Positions 38,034 to 47,600 of a DNA stretch of 64,000 nucleotides are shown piece by piece. Source of the stretch: an uncultured cyanobacterium (lineage in GTDB: Bacteria; Cyanobacteriota; Cyanobacteriia; Cyanobacteriales; Cyanobacteriaceae); contig CAVQBA010000006.1 of NCBI GenBank assembly GCA_963710605.1, positions 640,001 to 704,000 on the forward strand, in the 5' to 3' direction. The notes under the pieces were generated by a model, which saw only the letters and a program-made list of their open reading frames with translations, was not told where the DNA came from and ran no database searches. The position numbers and the translations under genes were made by a program. Position 1 is the stretch's first letter. Every line of letters starts with the position of its first letter.

Positions 38034-38344
38034 GGGATTTATCCCTCTATAATTGCTAAACAACAGATCTTTACTTTGAGGGCAAATTTTATTTATTCCT
38101 CAAGGATTTGTCTGCACCATAAACAAGAGGTTATTAAACTTTGTTTATCTAATAACCATTGTTTTAGTTATTTTTTGATGCGAAGACTTGGACAATCGAC
38201 AATTAATTACTAGTTCTCATCATGTTGATTTAACTAGTACCAGCCACTAAATATCTCAATAGACTTAAGATTTAGAGTTGTTTTTCACCATCTCAGTTTC
38301 TTTGAGGGGCTATTTATTTTTTGTACTTTTCGTCACAAATAATC

Positions 38345-38374
38345 ATTATATACTATTTGCTTAAAATTACGCAA
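38345..38374 (-). promoter_or_regulatory. Putative promoter of the rplC operon
   Basis: Minus strand TTGCGT, 18-nt spacer, TATAAT. Confidence 0.55.
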
Positions 38375-38535
38375 TAGTTTAATTTATTTTTTTATTATTT
38401 TATTCAATATTAGTCTTACGCCTTGCAATCAATTGCTAAGGCTAATAGAATTCGTTTAATAAATTAAACTATGAATAGGAAGGACTAAAGTCCTAATTAC
38501 GAGCATAACGATCTAATATTGATCGTCAAAAACTA

Positions 38536-39678
38536 TCAACTATTAACTGAATAAAGATCTCCTAAAACGACATCTTTTGTTGCACCTGTGACGGTGGGAA
38601 GATTACCGGGGTAGTTATGAATACGCCAATAAGCTAAAATAGCAAATGCGATCGCTTCTTTATACTCACTACTGATTTCCAGATCATCACTAACTAATAA
38701 TTTAGAGTTGGGTAGATAAGATTGTAAACGTTCTTTGAGATAACTATTGTAACTACCACCACCAGCTAGAATCACTTCATTGGGTATTGCTGGTAAAAAA
38801 CGATCGTAACTATCAGCAATAGAAGCGGCAGTAAATTCAGTCAAGGTAGCTAACCAATCAGCAGAAGATAGATGATAAGGTTGAGAATCTTGGGTTAGTT
38901 GAGCTAAGTATTCGTCACTAAATAATTCTCTACCTGTTGATTTTGGTGGCTGTAACAGGAAGAAATCTTGTTTTAACCATTTTTGGACTAATTCTTGGTT
39001 CGGTTTGCCCTGACGGCTAAAGTTACCGTTATTATCGTATTTTTGTTCGTTATTAGTTAGTCGTTGAATCGCTAGATCCATTAAAACATTTCCAGGTCCT
39101 GTATCCCAACCTAAAATTTTACTTTGCCATTTTTCGGTGCTAGTTGCAGGTAAATAAGTAGCGTTACCTATACCACCAATATTTTGTAAACAACGACTAT
39201 TGTCTGGTGTTGCATACAAACACAAATCAATTTTGGAGACTAAAGGTGCACCTTGTCCATAATGATTTATATCTGCCGCCCGAAAGTTATTGACTGTATC
39301 AATATGAGTTTGATGAGCAATTAAATCGCCTCTACCTAATTGTAAGCTATAGCCTAATCGATCGTCTTGGGGGGGTTGATGATAAACAGTTTGTCCGTGA
39401 GAGCCAATTAAATCTACTTCAATACCTGTGGGGATAGTATTTAAAGCGGCTTTGGCAAATTCAGTAGCGATCGCATTATCTAATTTAGTAAACTCTTCCA
39501 TAGATAAGGGTTTACCTGCACAAACTTCCAGAATATGCGATCGTAAATTAGAGGAATAAGTAAGAGTATTACCCGCAATCAATTCGACTTGTAAATCCAA
39601 ACCTTGACCTGTGATATCGACAACAGCAACATCAATTCCATCAACCGATGTCCCGCTCATTAAACCAACAACAATCAT
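38536..39678 (-). CDS. anmK: Anhydro-N-acetylmuramic acid kinase
   Basis: GLMSGTSVDGID, GSHGQT, GQGAPL, NIGGIGN, DTGPGN, PKSTGRE and KEAIAFA motifs. Confidence 0.97.
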   Translation of the reverse strand: MIVVGLMSGTSVDGIDVAVVDITGQGLDLQVELIAGNTLTYSSNLRSHILEVCAGKPLSMEEFTKLDNAIATEFAKAALNTIPTGIEVDLIGSHGQTVYHQPPQDDRLGYSLQLGRGDLIAHQTHIDTVNNFRAADINHYGQGAPLVSKIDLCLYATPDNSRCLQNIGGIGNATYLPATSTEKWQSKILGWDTGPGNVLMDLAIQRLTNNEQKYDNNGNFSRQGKPNQELVQKWLKQDFFLLQPPKSTGRELFSDEYLAQLTQDSQPYHLSSADWLATLTEFTAASIADSYDRFLPAIPNEVILAGGGSYNSYLKERLQSYLPNSKLLVSDDLEISSEYKEAIAFAILAYWRIHNYPGNLPTVTGATKDVVLGDLYSVNS

Positions 39679-39884
39679 AATTTTCAATTATATTCTGCTT
39701 AAAAAAATCGATCTTTAAACTAGAATGCGATAGTAATTAGAATAATTATAGTCCGCTCGAAAAATAATTAATTGAATAACTTAAGGTGATACATAAAAAT
39801 TGACAGTTAATGATAACTTTTTGAGACAAAATGTAATTAAACAAATATATCTAACTATCAGCTATTAATTATTAAATAAAAGTC

Positions 39885-40457
39885 ATGTCAGATCTTGAAA
39901 ATTTAAGATTACCTGAATCTCATTTTAATATTTTACAAATTTTAAGTGCTTTAGCATGGGCAGATGGAGATTTAAGCCAAAAAGAAATCAAAATCTTATT
40001 AGAAGAGTTTAAAGAAGATTTACCAGTCGAACCTCAGGCTATATCATTAATAGATAACACGGGAATAGCTAATTTAAATCTTGAGCAAGAAGCATTTGCC
40101 TTCGAGCAAATGGAAAAGAGAATTAATGCTGAATTAGCTTTTCAACAAATTATTGAGAATTATCATCAAAATCCTATTCCTTTGACTGATTTGGTTTCTA
40201 AACTAAAGACTAGCGAAGATCGTAGTTTAACTGTTAAGTTGGCTTATATGCTGATTTGTGTAAGCTATGACTCTAAAACACAGACAATTCCATTAGTTGA
40301 AAAAGCTCTTTATCGTGAATTAATTCAACTTCTAAATTTGGATAACAATTTAGTTAAAGAAATTGAATGGGAGGCGAAAAAAGAATTAGATGAGTTTCAA
40401 CATCCTTTTAAAGCATTCATAACTAGTATTGGAAATATTTTAAACACAAAAATTTAA
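39885..40457 (+). CDS. TerB-like domain protein
   Basis: LAWADGDLSQKE motif and helical pattern with C-terminal EKALYRELIQLL. Confidence 0.65.
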   Translation: MSDLENLRLPESHFNILQILSALAWADGDLSQKEIKILLEEFKEDLPVEPQAISLIDNTGIANLNLEQEAFAFEQMEKRINAELAFQQIIENYHQNPIPLTDLVSKLKTSEDRSLTVKLAYMLICVSYDSKTQTIPLVEKALYRELIQLLNLDNNLVKEIEWEAKKELDEFQHPFKAFITSIGNILNTKI

Positions 40458-40577
40458 GCTCGATTGATTTAGCTAGTTATTAAAAGTAGATTAAGAAAGT
40501 CAAATAGGCTTTTGTTGTCAAGTTGGTGTGTTTCTTGTATGCTAAAATTTGAGTGTTTTTTAGGCAAAAAGGTTGAG

Positions 40578-41054
40578 ATGGGTATTACTGTTGAAGTTAG
40601 TCAAGAACAAATCGATCGATTAGATTTATCTAGTGTCTCGACAACGATTGAAGAATTAAGCCAAAGAGGAGAAATTACGACATTAGAGCAACAGCTTAGT
40701 TTTAATATCGATTATAAAACTAGTGAAACCGATCCGCGTGAATTATCAGAAATTCCTGAAGTTAGACTTTGGTTTATCGCTTTAGATAGTCATTATCCTT
40801 GGTTACCGTTTTGTCTTAACTGGAGAGAAGGAGAGTTAGCTAGATACGCCGCCATGCTAGTTCCACATCAGTTCAATCGTACTGAGGGAATTCAATATAA
40901 TAGTGAGGCATTAGATATTTTTATCATGCAAAAAACTTTTATTTTGAATAATTGGCTAAAACAACAGAATATGAAAAGTAATTCCCGTCTTAAAGCTATG
41001 GCACAAATTTTTGGTTATGATTTGCAAGGTGATTTTCTTGATTTATTACCATAA
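40578..41054 (+). CDS. CRR6-family NDH-1 (NdhI) maturation factor (DUF1817)
   Basis: DPRELSEIPEVRLWF...YPWLP...GELARYAAMLVPHQF; ATG at 40578. Confidence 0.9.
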   Translation: MGITVEVSQEQIDRLDLSSVSTTIEELSQRGEITTLEQQLSFNIDYKTSETDPRELSEIPEVRLWFIALDSHYPWLPFCLNWREGELARYAAMLVPHQFNRTEGIQYNSEALDIFIMQKTFILNNWLKQQNMKSNSRLKAMAQIFGYDLQGDFLDLLP

Positions 41055-41254
41055 TAAATTTTAGTTGATTATGTTTTAATCTCTATTTAGTTCGGCAATT
41101 TGTTCTCAAAAATTATCAAATCACTCAAATTATTTTTTGTTATATTTATTGATTACTATTACTTAGTTTGAAACTATTTTCTTTCCTAGTCAGTCTATTT
41201 ATCTAAACATAATTTTAATCGAATCTAATAATCAAGTTTTTTTAGGATAATTAT

Positions 41255-41992
41255 ATGAAGAGCGGTAAATTTAGTTTATCAAATTTAAGTTTTTTAATTA
41301 TTTCCACGATCGTAATCTGTCTAACTTTAGCTTTTGGGTTTAATCCAGTTATGGCACAAGAACAAGTATTATCAACTTTAACAGTTACTGGGCAAGGAAT
41401 AGAAAGGATTCCTACTACTCTAACGCAGGTACAATTAGGAGTAGAAATTGAAAACAAGACAGCACAAGAAGTACAACAAGAAATTGCCGAGCGTACTTCA
41501 GCAGTGGTAGATTTACTTCGTCAACGTCAAGTGGAAAAATTAGAAACGACAGGAATTAATTTACGACCTAATTATAAATACGATGGTAATAATCAAAGAA
41601 GCTTAGTTGGCTATGTTGGCACAAACACAGTCAGTTTTCGACTTCCTACAGAGCAAGTCGGTAATATCTTAGACGAAGCAGTAAAAGTAGGTGCTACACG
41701 AATTGATAATATTAGTTTTACGGCTACGGATGAAGCTGTTAAAACAGCAAAAAAAGCGGCTTTAGCTCAAGCTACTGGAGACGCACAACAACAAGCTGAT
41801 GCTGTTTTAGATAGTTTAAATTTAAATGCTAAAAAAATTATCAGTATTCAACTCGATCGAGCCAATCCTCCTCAACCTGTAGTTGTTCGAGAACAAGCTT
41901 TATCCTCACGGACAGCTAACGATGCGGTAACTCCTGTCATTGGTGGTGAGCAAACGGTTCGTGCTTCTGTTACTTTACAAATTACTTATTAA
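41255..41992 (+). CDS. SIMPL (DUF541) domain periplasmic protein
   Basis: Signal peptide; TLTVTGQG...GATRIDNISF...GEQTVRASVTL. Confidence 0.9.
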   Translation: MKSGKFSLSNLSFLIISTIVICLTLAFGFNPVMAQEQVLSTLTVTGQGIERIPTTLTQVQLGVEIENKTAQEVQQEIAERTSAVVDLLRQRQVEKLETTGINLRPNYKYDGNNQRSLVGYVGTNTVSFRLPTEQVGNILDEAVKVGATRIDNISFTATDEAVKTAKKAALAQATGDAQQQADAVLDSLNLNAKKIISIQLDRANPPQPVVVREQALSSRTANDAVTPVIGGEQTVRASVTLQITY

Positions 41993-42136
41993 AGTTTTTT
42001 ATTGATTAATCGATGTGAGATTAACATTTATCTGTGGAGTAATTAATTCGATCGATATTTATTAGTAGAATTTGATACCTAAATATTAGATAATGTAAAA
42101 TTATTGTTCATTTATTTATCAATACTAATAGTTATT

Positions 42137-42601
42137 ATGCCTTTACCTAGTAATCTTAAAACTATTGACGGTACTAGCTTAGCTAGTTCAGAAATAGAAG
42201 ACAAAGTTGTTTTATTTGTTAACGTCGCTAGCCAGTGTGGTTTAACACCTCAATATTCTGGTTTGGTGGAATTAGAAAAAAAATACAGTGACAAGGGATT
42301 GAAAGTTGTTGGCGTGCCTTGTAATCAGTTTGGCGCACAAGAGCCGGGAAGTCCAGAAGAAATTAAAGAATTTGCTAAAAGTAAATATGATGCTGATTTT
42401 ACTTTACTAGAAAAACAAGATGTAAATGGGGCAAATCGTAGCCCTCTTTATCAATTTTTAGTTGATGATGGTAGCGATATTGGTTGGAATTTTGGTAAAT
42501 TTGTTGTTGGGCGTGATGGCGAAGTGGCAGAGCGTTTTGAGCCTAAAGTTGCACCTGATGATGCTGATTTAATTGCCGCTATTGAAAAAGCTTTAGGTTA
42601 A
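42137..42601 (+). CDS. gpx: Glutathione peroxidase-like protein
   Basis: VNVASQCGLT, PCNQFGAQEPG and WNFGKF motifs; ATG at 42137. Confidence 0.95.
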   Translation: MPLPSNLKTIDGTSLASSEIEDKVVLFVNVASQCGLTPQYSGLVELEKKYSDKGLKVVGVPCNQFGAQEPGSPEEIKEFAKSKYDADFTLLEKQDVNGANRSPLYQFLVDDGSDIGWNFGKFVVGRDGEVAERFEPKVAPDDADLIAAIEKALG

Positions 42602-42618
42602 TTTATTGATTTAATGTG

Positions 42619-42643
42619 AAGTAGAGATTAATAGTCTCTACTT
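42619..42643. terminator. Hairpin after gpx
   Basis: AAGTAGAGA-TTAATAG-TCTCTACTT perfect stem. Confidence 0.65.
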
Positions 42644-42684
42644 ATGCCTGAGAAACGATCGATGTAAGACTATAATTTGCTTAT

Positions 42685-42843
42685 TGTCTGTATCAGGATT
42701 AAACAGGATTGGTAGATTAACAGGATGTTTTGTTTTTAATTAGTTCGTTATTATCGAAATTATCCTACCATTCACAATACAAACTGATACACTATTAACA
42801 ATCATCCTACAATTGGTTAATTCTCTAAATTCTGATACTGATA
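42685..42843. repeat. ~155-bp structured palindromic repeat, copy 1 (3' of the GxxExxY gene)
   Basis: Left arm TGTCTGTATCAGGATTAAACAGGATTGGTAGATTAACAGGATG pairs with right arm CATCCTACAATTGGTTAATTCTCTAAATTCTGATACTGATA. Confidence 0.8.
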
Positions 42844-42853
42844 AGTAAGTTAA

Positions 42854-43228
42854 TTAATTATATTTGCGATTAAAAATCTTTTTATATTGCAAACTATTAC
42901 TACCAAAATTAATTAATAAGCCGATCGGAAAATCATAAGCAACGACATAATTTTTTGCTTGGGCTAAATGTACATTTTCTAAATTAATTACCGCTTTAAG
43001 TTCAACAATTATTTTATTCTCTACAACAAAATCTGCTCGTCTTGTGCCTACTTGTGTACCTTCATAAAAGATAGCTTGTTCTTTTTCTCTTTCATAAGTT
43101 AGATCACTTTTTTGAAATTCGATCGCTAAACATCTTTGATAAATTACTTCTTGAAAACCATTACCAAGAGTGTTATGTATTCTCATTGAGCATCCTATTA
43201 CTTTGTAGGTGATGTCTTCTAATTTCAT
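42854..43228 (-). CDS. GxxExxY family protein (PD-(D/E)XK nuclease superfamily)
   Basis: GNGFQEVIYQ motif, RADFVVE..IIVELKA, Q...NY and GLLINFG. Confidence 0.93.
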   Translation of the reverse strand: MKLEDITYKVIGCSMRIHNTLGNGFQEVIYQRCLAIEFQKSDLTYEREKEQAIFYEGTQVGTRRADFVVENKIIVELKAVINLENVHLAQAKNYVVAYDFPIGLLINFGSNSLQYKKIFNRKYN

Positions 43229-43266
43229 TCACCCATTCATAATCTCTTATTTTTAAATAATTATAC

Positions 43267-43420
43267 TGTCTAGATCAGGATTAGACAGAATTATTTGATT
43301 AACAAGATTTTTCGTTTCTAATTTATTTATTATTATCAAAATAGTTCGATCGATTTATAATACAAACTAGAACATTATCAACAACAATCCTGAAATCCCT
43401 TAATCCTTAAAATCCTGATT
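43267..43420. repeat. ~155-bp structured palindromic repeat, copy 2
   Basis: TGTCTAGATCAGGATTAGACAGAATTATTTGATTAACAAGATT ... AATCCTGAAATCCCTTAATCCTTAAAATCCTGATT; direct repeat of 42685-42843 at ~582-bp offset. Confidence 0.8.
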
Positions 43421-43434
43421 TTAGGGGGGAATAA

Positions 43435-43535
43435 TTAATTATATTTAGGATTAAATACTCGTTTATGTTGTAAGCTATTACTACCAAAATTAATTAGTAA
43501 GCCGATCGGAAAATTATAAGCAACTGTATAATTTG
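43435..43535 (-). pseudogene. 3' remnant of a second GxxExxY gene copy
   Basis: Reads NYTVAYNFPIGLLINFGSNSLQHKRVFNPKYN* versus NYVVAYDFPIGLLINFGSNSLQYKKIFNRKYN* in the intact gene, 581-bp offset. Confidence 0.85.
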
Positions 43536-43563
43536 GAAATAATTAATATCTTTCATAAATAAA

Positions 43564-44541
43564 ATGGATGAAAAAAATTTAGAAAATAACGATAATAATA
43601 TAGAAGGGGAGTCAGGTTGTTGTTGTCTGGGTTGTTTATTCTTTTTTATTTTTTTTGCATTTTTGATTCCTTACTATATAAATACATCGAGTATTATTGT
43701 TGAACAAATTAATAAGACTTACGATGTTTTTTGTAATGATCTTCTGGATGAAAAAATTTTAGAGGTCTTTTTACAACATAATATTTTTAGTATTTTTCCT
43801 CATGAAAAAATTCCTGAAATATTACAACTAATATATATATCTCCAATGATTTTTATAACATATATAATTACAATTATATTTTGTTTAATAATTGTTTTAT
43901 TTGGCATTTTTGTTATTTTATGGGTACTATCTCTGATTATATATGTAGTTATATATCTACCTATCATCCTAATTACACGTATAATGATAATGATAGATAA
44001 AACTATCTTCTTTTTAGCAGATAAAATATTTTTTATTGATTGGATAATAGGTTTATTCGGAATTATCGTTTTTGCACTACCAAACTTATTTTATTTTCTT
44101 AAATGGATACTTAAAATATCTTTGATAGGAACTTCAATAATTTACGAGTTTATAAAGAAAAAACTATATGAAGATATAGAAGTTAATGACGAATTAACTG
44201 AAAACGAAGATACGAATTTAGAAAATACTAATATTAAAAATCAATTACAAAATAATCAAATAACCCCTCAAGAAGAGTTATTACAAGCAGAAAATAATGA
44301 GAATAAGTTTAATCAAATGATTATCAATTATATAGAAACTCAAAGTAAACTGATAGAAGAAAAAGAAAATAAATGGAAAGAACAAAAAGAAGATGAATGG
44401 ATAGAAGATAAATCTCAACTAAAGGTAGTAAAATTTATAAACTCATGGAAATTTGAGAATTCAACTCTTTTCATAATTGACAAAAAAATTATTATAATTA
44501 GAAAAATAGTTGTTAGTTTGATGTCTGTAGCAAAAAAATAA
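43564..44541 (+). CDS. Hypothetical, very AT-rich membrane protein with acidic coiled-coil C-terminus
   Basis: 325-aa ORF with several Ile/Phe-rich TM stretches; no recognised family. Confidence 0.6.
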   Translation: MDEKNLENNDNNIEGESGCCCLGCLFFFIFFAFLIPYYINTSSIIVEQINKTYDVFCNDLLDEKILEVFLQHNIFSIFPHEKIPEILQLIYISPMIFITYIITIIFCLIIVLFGIFVILWVLSLIIYVVIYLPIILITRIMIMIDKTIFFLADKIFFIDWIIGLFGIIVFALPNLFYFLKWILKISLIGTSIIYEFIKKKLYEDIEVNDELTENEDTNLENTNIKNQLQNNQITPQEELLQAENNENKFNQMIINYIETQSKLIEEKENKWKEQKEDEWIEDKSQLKVVKFINSWKFENSTLFIIDKKIIIIRKIVVSLMSVAKK

Positions 44542-44645
44542 TTCACTAAGTAAAAGAAAAGATACTTATAATTTGATAATTTATAGATAATTTACGTAAG
44601 TTATATCGTAAATACATGAATGTAGATTACAAGTTTGAATTTTAA

Positions 44646-47600
44646 TTAAACAATAACCCCCTCCAACTCATCATCAGCCATATCATACAACCCTCTCAAC
44701 TTCTCTAACTTATCCTCATCTGCATCCCAAAAACCACGCCCTGAAGCCTCTAACATTCGTCCAATAATATTACGAAACGCCTCTGGATTAGCTTCTCTTA
44801 ACTTATTTGCCATCTCTTCATCTAACGCATAAGTATCCACCGCTTGATCATATACCCAGTCATCGGTAAAATCAGTTGTACCTGCCCAACCAATCATCGC
44901 CGTCATCCGTTGGGAAATTTCATATGCACCGCCCGAACCTTGCTCAGACATAGCTTTTGCCCATTTAGGATTAAGTAGCTTGGTGCGATACTCCATCCTT
45001 AATACCGATTCTAATTGACGAGGAGTAGTATCCTTAGAAAAACTCTCCACAAAACTAGCCGTTACTTTTTTACCGCTTTGTTTTTCTGCCGCTCGTTTTA
45101 ATCCTCCTGTATTAGCATAATACTCTTGAATATCCGTTAAGCCATACTCTACCGAATCAATTTCTTGCACTACCGTTGAGCTAGTTGCTAATAGTTTATC
45201 CAAAATTTCGGGGCGTGTTTGCCCTTTATCTTTTCTGCCATAACTAAAGCTATTTCTACCCTTCCATGTATCTGCTAACTCATCACCAGACTCCCAATCA
45301 CCATCTACAACTCGATCGTTTACTAACGAACCAAAATCACCGCTAGGATTAGAAAATAGTCTTGCTGTCGGATTTTCTATCCCTTTTTCTTGTAACTCTA
45401 AATAATGTTTACGAATAAAATTATCCTCAATCGATTCATCCGCTAAAGATGCCCTTGTAAATAAATCGTCTAATAATTCAATGATATTGACAAAAGTATC
45501 ACGGAAGATTCCTGATAAATTACCTAAAATATCAATGCGAGGATGACCTATTTTATCTAAAGGCATTAGCTCATATCTAACTATTCGTCCTGTGCCTTCT
45601 TTGACAGGCTCTGCACCTACTAATTCTAATAAAATACCGATCGACTCCCCTTTAGTTTTAATCGCATCTAAACCCCATAACATGACCGCTACTGTCTCTG
45701 GATAACTACCATTGTCGGTTAAATTTTGTTCAATGATTTTTTTACCGATTTCTCTACCTCGTAAATATGCACCTTGTGATGGCATCCGATAAGGGTCGAG
45801 TGCGTGTATATTTCTACCTGTAGGTAAAACACCAGCACCATCTCGAAGTAAATCTCCACCAGGGGCAGGAGGGATATATTCACCATTCAAACCTTTAAGT
45901 AAGTTAGTTAATTCATCGTCTGTTTGCATCAGTAAATCAGTAATTAACTGTTTCTGCTCAAGTCTTTGTTTTGATTCTTCTTCTTTTAAGGCTCTTTTGT
46001 TAGCACGATCGATTAAACTACTATTATCTAAATCTTTGGTAAATTCGGCTTGTTGTTGAGTATCATCAAAATAAGCATCTAGATATGAATTTAATTGTTC
46101 TTCTGTTGGTTTTGCACCAAGAATATGCAACCCTGAAGAAAATAATCTTTGCTCGACTATTTGTAGGTAGTCATATATTTTAATAAAGTAATCGTTTAAA
46201 GCTGACTTACTAAATAATTTAGCATTCTCGGCAGTTAAATCAATACCTCTTTTTTGAGCTTCATTAAATTGACAATCTTTATTTAAACCACTATCAACAA
46301 TCTTTTGAATAATATCTTGTCTTAATAACTCATTTTTATCTGTATCTTCTCGATACTCATTAATTAACTCTTTTAGTGCCATTAATTCTTTATATAATCC
46401 TGCCCTTCCGTAAGGAGGCACGTTATGAGAAATTAAGACACCGTAACCTCTACGTTTAGCTAACATCGATTCGGAGGGATTATTAGCGGCATAGATATAT
46501 AAGTTGGGTAAATCACCAAGTAATACATCCGACCACGAATAACCTGTATTACCTAAAGGATTACCAGGTAGCCATTCCACTGTGCCGTGCATCCCAAAGT
46601 GAATTAAAGCATCAGGTTGATATTCATTTTGTAACCATTTATAAAAGGCGGCGTACTGAGGATGAGGGGTTAAATCTTTCTCAAACATAAGCCTCATCGG
46701 GTCTCCAGCGATACCTAACGGTGGTTGTACTCCGATCCAGACATTACCTAATTGTATGCCACCTATTTGAAATCGATCGCCAATGGTTTTTATTCCTGTT
46801 TGGGTTAAGTTACCCCATTGTTTTTCCATCCGCTGGGTAAGGATATAACCAAGCCATTTTTCAAGAGTTTGTACATCGACGGAATTTGAACCCCCCGACT
46901 GCGTCTCCCCCCTTACGAAGGGGGGCTGGGGGGGATTGTTTCCATTCCTTACTAAAGCAGACTGGGGGCGATCGTTTTTACCACTTTGTAAGGGGGGAAT
47001 ACTATAAGAGAGAAAATCATCGGCGTTTTTAACAGCTTTAATAATCTCTTCACCATCTTCTGGTATCTCGCCTACGTCATAACCTTCTGCCTTGAGAGAG
47101 GTTAATAATTTACGTAAAGATTTAGGCACATTTAAAAGTGCGGCTGTACCTGTCGCTCCATATCCGGGGGGAAAGCCATATAATATAATGGCTATTTTAC
47201 GATCGTTTTTCTCTTTTCTTCTTAAGTTTATCCAACTGTTAATACGACTAGTTAAACGTTTGACTCTGTCTGGTACAAGATATATCTCTTCTCCTACTAA
47301 CCCTCCTAATGGTATAGTATCGATCGCACCATCTAATTCTGGCAGGGCATATAACACTACACTTTGTAATCCACCAATACCTTGTCTTACCCACGATTTG
47401 ATGTCTTGAATTAACAAAGGGGCGGCAACGATATAAGGAATATTTTTGGCGGTTAAGATAGTTTTAGCTACTTCTACTTGTCTTCCTGCTTCCATACTAC
47501 CAGCAGGACCACCCACTAAAGGAAAACCGATCGTGGAAACGATACTATCTACTTGCACCGCCTCTTGAGACAAAGACAATGTATCTTTGATACCTACATT

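Noticed and set aside
42685-43420. Repeats as a CRISPR array or canonical integron attC sites
   Set aside because: Only two long copies, no spacer periodicity, no cas or intI gene, and no clear RYYYAAC/GTTRRRY core.
43432-43535. Near-copy of the GxxExxY 3' end as a DGR template repeat
   Set aside because: Differences are not adenine-specific, several are synonymous or conservative, and there is no reverse transcriptase in the window; better explained as a truncated paralog.
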